Assembly: GCA_963708135.1 (NCBI GenBank)
Contig: OY970192.1
Coordinates: 4,320,001 to 4,384,000, forward strand
From: an uncultured Gemmatimonadales bacterium
GTDB lineage: Bacteria; Gemmatimonadota; Gemmatimonadetes; Longimicrobiales; RSA9
Length of the DNA stretch: 64,000 nucleotides
Reading direction: 5' to 3'
In this document: positions 1-9,210 of the stretch, piece by piece
Numbering within the stretch: the first letter of the stretch is position 1
Layout: each line of letters starts with the position of its first letter
Translations under genes and position numbers: made by a program
The notes under the pieces: model-generated
The model's database searches: none
Told to the model about the DNA's origin: nothing
The model's input: only the letters and a program-made list of their open reading frames with translations

Positions 1-1
1 T

Positions 2-1093
2 TTCGTGGACGTGCCGCCGCGGGACTACGGCGGCACGGAGCTGGTGGTCTACGAGCTCGCGGAGGGGCTGACCCGACGTGGGCACGAGGTGGTCCTGTTC
101 GCGACCGGCGAGTCGCGCACCAGCGCCGAGCTTCGCTGGCTCTATCCGCGCGCGCAGTGGCCACCGGCCATGCTCCCGGACGTGGAGCACGTGGCGTGGG
201 CGCTCGCGCAGGTGCGCGCGGAGGGGTTCGACCTGGTCCAGGCGAACTCTGCGGCGACGCTGGCCATGGGCCGCCTGGTCCCGGAGGTGCCGATCGTCTA
301 TACGCTGCACCACGCGCGCGATGCGGGACTGTCGGCCTTCTACCGTCGCTTTCCGGAGGCATGGTACGTGGCGATCTCGGCGGACCAGCGCTCCCGGGAG
401 GTGCTGGTGCCGCACTGCGACGTCATCCACCACGGGCTCGACCCGGCGAACTACCGAGTGGCGTCGCGGGCGGAGGACTACGTCTGCTTCGTTGGCCGGT
501 TCGCCTGCGTCAAGGGGCCGCACACCGCGATCGACGCGGCCGCGCGCGCGGGCGTGCGGATCCGCGTCGCGGGCGAGGTGCACCCGGTGGACCGGGAGTT
601 CGGCGCGCGCGAGGTCGAGCCGCGCCTCGCCCGGCCCCACGTCGAGTATCTCGGCCGGATCGGGCTGCGCGAGAAGGCGCCGTTGCTCGCCGGCGCGCGG
701 GCGCTGCTCGCGCCGATCGAGTGGGACGAGCCGTTCGGCCTCGCCCTGATCGAGGCCATGCTCTCCGGTTGCCCCGTGGTGGCCTACGGCCGCGGCAGCG
801 TGCGGGAGCTGGTCGAGGAGGGGGTGACCGGCTTCATCGCGCGCGACGCGGACCACCTGGTCGCGCTCATCCGGCACGGCGGCCCGCTGGACGACTTCGA
901 CCGCGCCGCGTGCCGCGCCCGTGCCGTGAAGCGCTTCAGCGCGGACCGCATGGTGCGCGACTACGAGCGGCTGTTCGAGCGGGTGCTCCGCGCGCGCGAG
1001 GCGGCCGCGGCCGCGCCGGCGGGCGCCGCGGTCGCTCCGATCCCCGGAATGGCGGGAGCCAATGGCGAGTCGGACTACGGCCTCGTCGCCTGA
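2..1093 (+). CDS. Glycosyltransferase family 4 (GT-B fold), 5'-truncated by the window edge
   Basis: N-terminal VPPRDYGGTE motif, HHGLD and EPFGLALIEAMLSGCPVV GT4 signature; the frame is open from base 2. Confidence 0.9.
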   Translation, partial: FVDVPPRDYGGTELVVYELAEGLTRRGHEVVLFATGESRTSAELRWLYPRAQWPPAMLPDVEHVAWALAQVRAEGFDLVQANSAATLAMGRLVPEVPIVYTLHHARDAGLSAFYRRFPEAWYVAISADQRSREVLVPHCDVIHHGLDPANYRVASRAEDYVCFVGRFACVKGPHTAIDAAARAGVRIRVAGEVHPVDREFGAREVEPRLARPHVEYLGRIGLREKAPLLAGARALLAPIEWDEPFGLALIEAMLSGCPVVAYGRGSVRELVEEGVTGFIARDADHLVALIRHGGPLDDFDRAACRARAVKRFSADRMVRDYERLFERVLRAREAAAAAPAGAAVAPIPGMAGANGESDYGLVA

Positions 1094-3524
1094 CGCGGTG
1101 GCGGACGAGCGCACCATTCCGATGGAGGAAGCGGTGGGCTACACCTCCATCGACTGCGGGCACGAGCCGACCATCTTCGGCAAGCTCGTGCTCAAGCACG
1201 ACCGCATCTTCCTGCTGCTGGACGAGCACGGCAACGTGGAGCCGCCGGGCAGCTGCGACCTGGGGCTGTTCGAGGACGACACGCGCATGCTCAGCCACTA
1301 CGCGCTCTGGTTCGATGCGGGCGAGCCCGCGGTGTTGTCGAGCCAGGTGCCGGACGTCTACCGGGCCCAGATCGACCTCGCCATGCGCAGCACCGCGCTC
1401 GGCGTGCAGGAGGGCGAATCGCGCAGCGTGGTGCACGTCCGGCGCGAGATCCTGCTCGAGGACCGGCTGGTCGAGCGCGTCACGATCACCAACTACCTGA
1501 CGCGCGGAGTGGACCTCTCCTTCGCGCTGAGGGTGGCATCCGACTTCGCCGACATCTTCGAGGTGCGCGGCTGGGACCGCGACGGGCGCGGCGAGTTCCT
1601 CGAGCCGCGCGTGGGCGAGCGCTCGATCGTCTTCGGCTACATCGGCGTGGACGGCAGGCCGATCCGCAGCGCGCTCCGCTTCGCCGAGGCGCCCGCCGCG
1701 CCGCCGGACGAGGTGGACCGCCGCGGCGCCCGCTGGCGGCTGCACCTCGAGCCGAACCAGTGCCAGACCGTCGAGTGGCAGGTGCTCACGGACTCGCTGC
1801 TGCGCGAGAGCGTTGCGCCCGGCCCCGCGGACACCGCCGATCCGGCCCTCGCGCCGTTCGAGGACGAGGACGAGGACGAGGGGGGCTCCGGACCCGGTGG
1901 GGGCGGCAAGGCCGCGCGGGACCTGGCCGGCGGGAACGGAACGGGCGGCCGGAACGACGGCCGCGCCCGGGAGCAAGGCGACGGGCACCGCGCGCCGCCG
2001 GGGCCGCTGTCCGGCCCGGACGAGTGGATGCACGGGGTGCAGCCCGGCGCGTCGCTGATCCGGCGCCGGGCGCGCATGGCCCGCGTCTACGAGGACTGGC
2101 GCGACGCGTGCGCCGGCTGGTCGAGCGACGTGGCCGAGTTCGACCTGGCCCTCGACCAGGCGGTGGACGACCTGCGCGCGCTGTACTCGGAGGCCGACGG
2201 GGAGCCGATTCTCTCGGCCGGCATCCCGTGGTACACGACGGCGTTCGGCCGCGATTCCATCATCGCCTCGCTCCAGACGCTGGCGCTGAATCCGCGCATC
2301 GCGCGCGACACGCTGCGCTGGCTCGCCCACCACCAGGGCACCAAGGAGGACGCGTACACGGAGGAGCAGCCGGGTCGGATCATGCACGAGCTGCGGCGGG
2401 GCGAGATGGCGCGCGCGGGCGAGGTCCCGCACACGCCGTACTACGGCACGGTGGACGCGACGCCGCTCTGGCTGATCCTGCTGCACGAGACCTGGCGCTG
2501 GACCGGCGATGCCGGCCTCGTCCGCGAGCTGCTGCCCAACGCCGACCGCGCGCTCGACTGGATCGACCGCTGCGGCGACCTCGACGGCGACGGCTTCATC
2601 GAGTACGCCCGCAGGAGCGACAAGGGGCTCGTCAACCAGGGCTGGAAGGACTCGACCGACGGCGTGCCGTTCCCCGACGGCACGCTGCCCCAGGGGCCGA
2701 TCGCGCTGGTCGAGGTGCAGGGCTACGTGCACGACGCCAAACGGCGCATGGCCGAGCTCTACGAGGCCTTCGGCGACGACGAGCGCGCCGCCCGCCTGCG
2801 CCGCGAGGCCGCCGCGATGGCCGACCGCATCCGGACCCGCTTCTGGCTCGAGGACCTCGGCACCTTCGCCATCGCGCTGGATGGCGAGAAGCGGCCGCTC
2901 CCGACCGCCACCAGCAACGCCGGGCACCTGCTCTGGAGCCGCGTGCCCACGGACGCCCAGGCCGCACGCCTGGGCGAGCAGCTCCTCGACGACCCCATGT
3001 TCTCCGGCTGGGGCATCCGCACGCTCGCCGCGGGCCACCCCGTCTACAACCCGATGAGCTACCACGACGGCAGCGTCTGGCCCCACGACAACTCGCTGAT
3101 CGGGCTGGGCCTCTCGCTCTACGGCCAGACCGACCGCGTGCTGCCCGTCCTCCAGTCGCTCTACGAGGCGACGCGCGCCATGACCTTCCGCCGCCTCCCC
3201 GAGCTCTTCTGCGGGATGCGGCGCGGCCACAGGAGCTCCCGCCCCGTGCTCTACCCCGTGAGCTGCTCGCCCCAGGCGTGGGCCTCGGGCGCCCTCTTCC
3301 TCCTGCTCCAGGCCGTCACCGGACTGCTCCCGGACGCGAACACCGGCGTGCTCCACATCCGGCAGCCCACCCTCCCCCGCTTCCTGCATCGCCTGCAGGT
3401 GGACCGCCTCCGCATCGGAGGGTCGGTCGTGTCGCTCCAGCTCAGGCGGCACGGCGAGAGGACGCTGGCCAACCTGCTCAACGTGGAAGGTGATGACCTG
3501 CAGGTGAGGATCGAGTTCGACTGA
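1062..3524 (+). CDS. Amylo-alpha-1,6-glucosidase / glycogen-debranching-enzyme family glycoside hydrolase
   Basis: AGIPWYTTAFGRDS, YYGTVDATPL, NQGWKDS, YHDGSVWPHDN and CSPQAW motifs; overlaps the GT4 stop; true start may be ATG 1122. Confidence 0.9.
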   Translation: MASRTTASSPDAVADERTIPMEEAVGYTSIDCGHEPTIFGKLVLKHDRIFLLLDEHGNVEPPGSCDLGLFEDDTRMLSHYALWFDAGEPAVLSSQVPDVYRAQIDLAMRSTALGVQEGESRSVVHVRREILLEDRLVERVTITNYLTRGVDLSFALRVASDFADIFEVRGWDRDGRGEFLEPRVGERSIVFGYIGVDGRPIRSALRFAEAPAAPPDEVDRRGARWRLHLEPNQCQTVEWQVLTDSLLRESVAPGPADTADPALAPFEDEDEDEGGSGPGGGGKAARDLAGGNGTGGRNDGRAREQGDGHRAPPGPLSGPDEWMHGVQPGASLIRRRARMARVYEDWRDACAGWSSDVAEFDLALDQAVDDLRALYSEADGEPILSAGIPWYTTAFGRDSIIASLQTLALNPRIARDTLRWLAHHQGTKEDAYTEEQPGRIMHELRRGEMARAGEVPHTPYYGTVDATPLWLILLHETWRWTGDAGLVRELLPNADRALDWIDRCGDLDGDGFIEYARRSDKGLVNQGWKDSTDGVPFPDGTLPQGPIALVEVQGYVHDAKRRMAELYEAFGDDERAARLRREAAAMADRIRTRFWLEDLGTFAIALDGEKRPLPTATSNAGHLLWSRVPTDAQAARLGEQLLDDPMFSGWGIRTLAAGHPVYNPMSYHDGSVWPHDNSLIGLGLSLYGQTDRVLPVLQSLYEATRAMTFRRLPELFCGMRRGHRSSRPVLYPVSCSPQAWASGALFLLLQAVTGLLPDANTGVLHIRQPTLPRFLHRLQVDRLRIGGSVVSLQLRRHGERTLANLLNVEGDDLQVRIEFD

Positions 3525-3568
3525 CGCTGAGCGGGGGGAGCGGGCTGGCTCGGATTCACGCCGCTCTC

Positions 3569-3691
3569 GCGGCTCGGCGCATCTCCGCGGCTCGGCGCAT
3601 CGCTGTGGCTCGGCGGCTGCCGGCCGTAGCTCCGGCCGCCGGGCGGGGCTTCTCTCTCGCGGGGTCGCGGAGGATTCGCAGAGCCGCGGAG
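3569..3691. repeat. 18-bp tandem repeat (GCGGCTCGGCGCATC core, about 3 copies) with an inverted copy at 3677-3691
   Basis: Copies at 3569, 3587 and 3605; CGCAGAGCCGCGGAG (3677) is the near reverse complement of CTCCGCGGCTCGGCG (3583). Confidence 0.65.
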
Positions 3692-3803
3692 CCCCACTTC
3701 CAACGCCCCCTCTCTCTTCTCCCCTCACCCCCTCCCTCACCCTGTACTCACCCCAACCCGAATCCCCACCCTCCCCCTCTCCCTCTCCCTCTCCCTTCCG
3801 TCC

Positions 3804-4634
3804 CTATCCCCCCGCGAGGTGCCGTAAGTATCGGTCGGGGTCGTTCAGGAACTCGCGCGTCAGGCGGACGTGCTCGAGCTCGTCGAACCGGACGGCGGCG
3901 GGCGGGACGCGGTCGAAGCTCAGGATCGTGGCGCCGGGGAAGCCGAGCAGGATCGGCGAGTGGGTGGCGATCACGAACTGCGCGTCCTGCGCGACCATGT
4001 CCATCAGCATGGCGATGAGGGCGAGCTGGTTCTGCGGCGAGAGCGGCGCCTCGGGCTCGTCGAGCAGGTACAGCCCGCCCGGCACGAAGCGCGACTGGAA
4101 CAGCTTCAGGAACCCCTCGCCGTGAGAGCGGGCGTCCAGCGAGACGCCGTAGCTCCGCTCCAGCTCGGCGAGCGAGCTGGCGACGGGGCCCAGGGCCCGC
4201 CGCTTGTGGTAGTCCGACGCACCGTGCATCTCTGGGTCCGCCTCGAGCTCGGCGTTCCGCGCGGCCAGCTCGGCGCGCAGCTCGGAGGCCCGCCGCGCGA
4301 AGCCGAAGAAGTCCTCCGCCCGGAGAAAGAATCCTCGTCGCGTGCGACGATTCCACACGAGCTTCAGCCGCGCGCCGAGCCCCCGCTGCGCCCGCAGCGT
4401 GTCGTCCGCCTCGACCGGCGCCGCGCCCACCGCGATCGAGCCGGCTGCGGCCGCGAGCCCCTCGAGCAGCGTGGACTTGCCCGAGCCGTTCTCGCCGACG
4501 AGGAAGGTGACCGGGGTGGTCAGCTCGAGAGTTCCGAGGGAGCGGATGGCGGGGACGGAGAAGGGGAAGGCGTCGCCGCCGTCCGTGGGCGGACGGTAGG
4601 TGACCGAGCGGAGAGGAGGCCTGGTCTGCGGCAT
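3804..4634 (-). CDS. AAA/ABC-type ATPase (COG3910-like predicted ATPase)
   Basis: Walker A GENGSGKS, signature-like SHGEGF, Walker B LLDEPE and ATHSP; start set at ATG 4634 (MPQTRPP). Confidence 0.85.
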   Translation of the reverse strand: MPQTRPPLRSVTYRPPTDGGDAFPFSVPAIRSLGTLELTTPVTFLVGENGSGKSTLLEGLAAAAGSIAVGAAPVEADDTLRAQRGLGARLKLVWNRRTRRGFFLRAEDFFGFARRASELRAELAARNAELEADPEMHGASDYHKRRALGPVASSLAELERSYGVSLDARSHGEGFLKLFQSRFVPGGLYLLDEPEAPLSPQNQLALIAMLMDMVAQDAQFVIATHSPILLGFPGATILSFDRVPPAAVRFDELEHVRLTREFLNDPDRYLRHLAGG

Positions 4635-4737
4635 CCCGCATGGTAGCCGGTGGGCAACGCGAGGGGTAGATGCTCGGCGGGACGCGTCACAGAGGCGGGA
4701 CCTGCGAGGCAGGACGACGCGGATGGAGGAGCCGGAG

Positions 4738-5865
4738 ATGCGGTTGAGCGGAAGGTTGGCGGTGGGCCGATTCCGATGGGTGCTCGCGGGCCTCATGGCG
4801 GGGCTCGGTGGCGGCACGGTCGCCGTGCTTGCGGCCGCGTCGTTACCACCGCCCGGAGAGGCCGCCGCCGGCAAGGGAGCGGCCATGGGCGGGATCCTGG
4901 CGGCGTCGGCGTCGCCTGCGGCGGTCTCGTACTCTGGCCCCGTCTGCGAGGCGGTCTGGCACGATGCAGCGCGCGACCGCGACGTGCCGGTGCGGATCCG
5001 GATGCCGGCGGGCACGGGGCAGGTGCCGGTGATCCTCTTCTCGCACGGGCTGGGCGGCTCGCTCGACGCGGGCACGACCTGGGGCGAGGCGTGGGCGAGA
5101 AACGGCTTCGCGGTCGTGCACCTGCAGCACCACGGCAGCGATGATGCGCTCTGGCGCGGCAAGTCCCGTCCGGCGGCGATACTGGCGGCAATGCGCTCGG
5201 GGATGACGGCCGAGCAGCTGATCGCGCGCGCCGGGGACGTGCATTTCGTGCTCGACGAGCTGGCGCGCCGGCCCCGCGAGGGCCGCTGCGACCTCACGCG
5301 CATCGACCTCTCCCGCATCGGCATGTCGGGCCACAGCTTCGGCGCGCAGACGACGCTGGCTGTCGCCGGCGAGAGCTTCCCCGGGACCGGCGACGGTGCG
5401 CTGCGCGACGGGCGCATCCGCGCCGCCGTCGCCTTCAGTCCGGCGCCGCCGCGGGGCGCGAGCGAAGAGGCGACCCGCCAGGCCGTCGCGACCATCCGCA
5501 TCCCCTTCTTCTCGCTCACCGGCACGGAGGACCAGGTCCCCGTGCTCACGCGCACCACGCCCGAAGAGCGGACGCTGCCGTACCGCTACATGCCCCCGGG
5601 CGGCAAGTACCTGCTCGTGCTGAAGGGCGCCGGCCACGCGGCGTTCGGCGGGCAGTCGCCGGCCGAGACCGGCCGCCGCGGCGGGTGGTGGGCGCGCCAT
5701 GGCGCCGGCAGCGCGCCGCCCGCGCACGTGGACAGCGTCGCCGTCGCGTCCACGCTCGCGTTCTGGAAGGCGACGCTGCTCGGCGACCCCGCCGCGCGCG
5801 ACTTCCTCACCGGCGGCGGAGTGCAGCGGCTGCTGGCGCCGGGGGATCGGTTCGAGAGCAAGTGA
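4738..5865 (+). CDS. Exported alpha/beta hydrolase (dienelactone hydrolase / PAF-acetylhydrolase-like)
   Basis: FSHGLGGS, nucleophile elbow GHSFG, acid GTEDQ and His GAGHAAF; GGAGGAG RBS before ATG 4738; hydrophobic N-terminus. Confidence 0.8.
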   Translation: MRLSGRLAVGRFRWVLAGLMAGLGGGTVAVLAAASLPPPGEAAAGKGAAMGGILAASASPAAVSYSGPVCEAVWHDAARDRDVPVRIRMPAGTGQVPVILFSHGLGGSLDAGTTWGEAWARNGFAVVHLQHHGSDDALWRGKSRPAAILAAMRSGMTAEQLIARAGDVHFVLDELARRPREGRCDLTRIDLSRIGMSGHSFGAQTTLAVAGESFPGTGDGALRDGRIRAAVAFSPAPPRGASEEATRQAVATIRIPFFSLTGTEDQVPVLTRTTPEERTLPYRYMPPGGKYLLVLKGAGHAAFGGQSPAETGRRGGWWARHGAGSAPPAHVDSVAVASTLAFWKATLLGDPAARDFLTGGGVQRLLAPGDRFESK

Positions 5866-6033
5866 GGCGGTTCGGGCGCGAAGCGCCTCGGGCCGCCTCG
5901 GCGGGGTACCGATCGTGGCTGACTCGACCACCTGAAGCCCTTCCGGGCAATGGATGGGAGCCGCGGCCCCGCTATGTCACCACGTCGGGTGGGCCGTCCG
6001 GGCGGGTCCGCTGGAGCTCCGCGGCCGCCACGA

Positions 6034-7905
6034 TCACCGCACCGGAATGGCCTCGATCAGGCCGTTCGGGACGGCGCGGCCGCTCTCGTCCCGCGTGATG
6101 CTGAACCGGGCCTTGCGGTACGCCGTCTGGAGCGAGGCATCCAGCCGCGCGTCCCCCGAGCTCCGCAGAAGCTTCGCCGCGGAGACCTTCCCCTCGGCAT
6201 CGACCGCGAGCGCGACCGCGAAGATATGTGCGCCACTGTTCGATGAGGCGGTGCCGGCAAGCGCCGCCTTCACCGCCGTGTGCACCGCCTCCTCGTTGAG
6301 CGTCGTCGGAATCCGCCGGGGGGTGATGGCCTCGGTGCGGAGGAACGCCTTGGTCTCGAGGATGATGCGATGCATGTCTTCCTGAGTCGCATTGCTGAGC
6401 CGGACCGAGTCCGCCGGCACCACGTGCCCATTCTTCGCCTGGAACACGATCGGCACGGCGATCCAGACCGGCGTCGGCGTCCCCCGGTTGAGGGCTGGCT
6501 CGAAGCGCATCGAGGCCACGACGCGCAGCGCCGCCTGGTCGAGCGCCTCGTGGCCGCTGCCATCCTTATGCATGATCAACGTCTTCGCCACCTGGCCGTC
6601 CTCATCGATGTACAGCCACACCAACACCTTGCCGCCCACACCCGCATCCCGGAGCAGCGGCGGATAGTTCTCGATCAGCGCCTCCCGGGTCTCCGCGACG
6701 TTCGCGAGCTTCGGCGGGCTCGTGTAGGGGCGGTTTGGCGGTGTCCAGAACGCCTCCGCGGTGAAGTTGGGAGCGAAGTTGCCCGGCGGCGGAGCCTGGC
6801 CGGGACCGGCCACGCCCGCAGTGTCCCCGCCGGCCGCCGTCGCCCCGGTGGCCGCCCGCGCGCTCGTCGGCGGAGGCACGCGCGGCGCGTGCATGTTCAC
6901 GTTTGTCGGCGCGTCGGGGTGCGGCAGCCCGCACGCGCCGGCGGCAAGCAGCGCCCCACCGGCCAGGGCGGCCAGCGCCCGGCGGCCGCGACGGGACTGC
7001 GGCGCCGCGGTCAGCGCCCGGATCCGGCGCTCCAGCAGCGAGCGAGGCTCGGCGAACGTCGCCGCCCACGCCCCGGCACCACCTCGCCGGACGACGTCCA
7101 GCAGCAGCGCGCCGTAGCGGTGGCGGTCCGCGGCGCCGCGCAGCACGCGCGCGTCGCAGTCCAGCTCCAGCGCCAGCCGGAGCCGGCGCGCCTGCCACCA
7201 CAGCGCCGGGTTCCAGGGCGCAACCAGTAGCGCCAGGAACGAGAGCAGCAGCAGGCGCGGGTCCCCGGCGGCCACGTGCTCGCGCTCGTGCGCGACGATC
7301 ATGCGGCGCGCGGCGTCGCCTTCCTCGAGCACCCACGCGGGCAGCACGATCCGCTGGCGCAGCAGCCCCACGACGGCCGGGCCGGTGCCGGCCGAGACCA
7401 GCACGTCATGGCCGTCCACGCGTGCCGGCCGCGAGGAGCGGAGTGCGCGGCGCAGCCGCCACGCCGAGAGGACGAGGTACGCCGCGAGCGCCATGCTCGA
7501 CATGACCCAGAAGGCGACCAGAACGGGGCCGAACGGCTCCAGCCTCGCGTCCATCCGCGCCGCCGCCGCAGCGGCAGCCGCACGCAGCGCGCTCTCGAGC
7601 GCGCCCGCCTGGTGGATCCAGCCGGACAGCGTGGCAAGGAGCGCGGCGAGGCCGGTCGGCGAGGCCACCGTGGGGGCCGCGCCGGGCAGGACGCCGATCG
7701 TGCCGAAGGAGAGCGAGCCGCCCGCCGCGGCGGGGGAGGCCCGCAGCCACGCCGCGAGCGGAAGCGCCAGGGAGCCGGCCAGCGACAGAACCCACGCCCA
7801 GCGGCCGGGACGGCCGTAGAGGCGCGCCACCCGCTCCGCCCCGCCCGCCGCCGCGCCCAGAAGCAGCGCCACGGCCATCGTGTACAGCATCCAGTGCGCG
7901 ATCAT
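6034..7905 (-). CDS. BlaR1/MecR1-type M56 membrane metallopeptidase fused to TonB C-terminal domain(s)
   Basis: GPAVVG, HEREH (HExxH), PWNPALWW, ELDCD and LERRI; C-terminal YPPLLRDAGVGGKV...LDQAALRVV...FEPA plus a second degenerate TonB_C repeat; ATGA overlap with the upstream regulator. Confidence 0.9.
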   Translation of the reverse strand: MIAHWMLYTMAVALLLGAAAGGAERVARLYGRPGRWAWVLSLAGSLALPLAAWLRASPAAAGGSLSFGTIGVLPGAAPTVASPTGLAALLATLSGWIHQAGALESALRAAAAAAAARMDARLEPFGPVLVAFWVMSSMALAAYLVLSAWRLRRALRSSRPARVDGHDVLVSAGTGPAVVGLLRQRIVLPAWVLEEGDAARRMIVAHEREHVAAGDPRLLLLSFLALLVAPWNPALWWQARRLRLALELDCDARVLRGAADRHRYGALLLDVVRRGGAGAWAATFAEPRSLLERRIRALTAAPQSRRGRRALAALAGGALLAAGACGLPHPDAPTNVNMHAPRVPPPTSARAATGATAAGGDTAGVAGPGQAPPPGNFAPNFTAEAFWTPPNRPYTSPPKLANVAETREALIENYPPLLRDAGVGGKVLVWLYIDEDGQVAKTLIMHKDGSGHEALDQAALRVVASMRFEPALNRGTPTPVWIAVPIVFQAKNGHVVPADSVRLSNATQEDMHRIILETKAFLRTEAITPRRIPTTLNEEAVHTAVKAALAGTASSNSGAHIFAVALAVDAEGKVSAAKLLRSSGDARLDASLQTAYRKARFSITRDESGRAVPNGLIEAIPVR

Positions 7906-8276
7906 CGCTCTTCCTCCTCGATCCGCATGTCGAGGAGCGCGCGCATCCGGCGCAGCTCCTCCGCCGTGAGCCGCTCGTCCGCCACCAGCCCCGTCAGCAG
8001 CAGCTCCGGCCGCCCCGCGAAGAGCTTCCGCGTCAGGCGCCGGAGCGCGCTCTCGCCCGCCTCGTCGCGCGCCACCAGCGGCTGGTAGCGGTGCGCCTTC
8101 CCCTCCTCCACGTGGTCCACGTGACCCTTCTCCTCGAGCGTCCGCAGCACCGTCAGCACCGTCGTGTACGCCAGCTCGTCCGCGAGCGCCTGGCGGACCT
8201 CCGCGACGGTCGAGGGCCCGCGCTCCCAGAGCACCGCCATGACATCGAGCTCTCGGTCGGTGAAGCTGATCTCCAT
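7902..8276 (-). CDS. BlaI/MecI/CopY family transcriptional repressor
   Basis: FTDRELDVMAVLW and LAYTTVLTVLRTLEEKG winged-HTH signature; GGAGGC RBS. Confidence 0.95.
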   Translation of the reverse strand: MEISFTDRELDVMAVLWERGPSTVAEVRQALADELAYTTVLTVLRTLEEKGHVDHVEEGKAHRYQPLVARDEAGESALRRLTRKLFAGRPELLLTGLVADERLTAEELRRMRALLDMRIEEEER

Positions 8277-8285
8277 CGTGGCCTC

Positions 8286-8350
8286 CTACTAGGGTCGTAG
8301 TAGACGCTACCACGGCGTGGGCGGGATGTCAACTATGATCTTAGTAGACA
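8286..8350 (-). promoter_or_regulatory. Sigma70 promoter (TTGACA-17-TAGCGT, extended TG) overlapped by two ACTA-N6-TAGT operators
   Basis: Minus-strand -35 at 8327-8332 and -10 at 8304-8309; palindromes CTACTA-gggtcg-TAGTAG (8286-8303) and TGTCAACTA-tgatct-TAGTAGACA (8327-8350). Confidence 0.75.
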
Positions 8351-8436
8351 GGCGGATCGGCGGGAGTAACGTGGTGCCGGACCTGGAGATGGAGGCTCTT
8401 GGGCGTGGAGCGGGCGAGGATTTTGTGGCGGGCGGC

Positions 8437-8625
8437 GGAGAGTGGGAGAGTGGGAGAGTGGGGGACCGGGCGACGTTCGTCGCGGGCGAGGACGCGCGGG
8501 CCCACGCCGGCTTCGCGGCGGCCGCGGGTGCGCCGGGCGCGCCCCGGGATCGTCGCCGCGCCCGGGACACGCGCGCGCCGCGAGCCCGGCCGCATCTCCC
8601 ACTCCCCCACTCCCCCACTCTCTCC
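8437..8625. repeat. Inverted pair of 8-bp tandem repeats: (GGAGAGTG)3 and about (YCCCACTC)3
   Basis: Arrays at 8437-8460 and 8597-8625 are approximate reverse complements. Confidence 0.75.
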
Positions 8626-8722
8626 CCGTCCGGGCACCGCGCCGTCGGCCCGGCCACGCCTCGGGGGCACATGGAACGCCGGCCCGACCACCCCCCGCGG
8701 GCGCTGAACGCCGGCCCGACCC

Positions 8723-9082
8723 TCAGATCCACTCGGGCGCCTCCACCGTGCGGTCGCTCCGGACATCGCCGGTGTTGAGGGTGCCGGCGGGCTCGACCAT
8801 GAGGATCCAGCACTCCTCGTCGGCGACGGGGCGGTGCTCGATGCCCTTCGGGACGATCAGCATCTGGCCTTCACCGAGCTCGAGGCTGCGGTCGCGGAGC
8901 TCCATGCGGAAGCGGCCGCGGATGACGAGGAAGAGCTCGTCGGCGTCGTCGTGCCTGTGGAAGACGAAGGGGCCCTCGATGCGGGCGATCTTCACGTGCT
9001 GACCGTTCAACTCGCCGATGATCTTCGGCCGCCAGGGATCGGTGAAGAGCGAGAACTTCTGCTGCAGGTCGATGACGTCCAC
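8723..9082 (-). CDS. Cupin domain protein
   Basis: WRPKIIGELNG, FVFHRHDDADELFLV, VPKGIEHRP and NTGD; AGGAGGAG RBS before GTG. Confidence 0.9.
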   Translation of the reverse strand: MDVIDLQQKFSLFTDPWRPKIIGELNGQHVKIARIEGPFVFHRHDDADELFLVIRGRFRMELRDRSLELGEGQMLIVPKGIEHRPVADEECWILMVEPAGTLNTGDVRSDRTVEAPEWI

Positions 9083-9210
9083 GGAGCTCCTCCTGCGTAG
9101 GGGACCGCTCTGCTACTTCGTTCCCGGCGAGCGCCAGCGCGTACGGCAGCGCCCACTGGGCTGCATCGGGGTCTCCAGGTGGCGGTGGTCGGGATCGTGT
9201 CGGGCGGAGG

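Noticed and set aside
3804..4634. Anti-phage defence ATPase
   Set aside because: No partner nuclease or defence-island context; it is a stand-alone COG3910-like gene.
6034..8313. ORF-track N-terminal extensions (6034-8313, 3804-5558, 9211-11076, 10289-12367, 23228-25828 and others)
   Set aside because: The extensions overlap neighbouring real genes; starts were reassigned using RBSs, signal peptides and stop-start overlaps.
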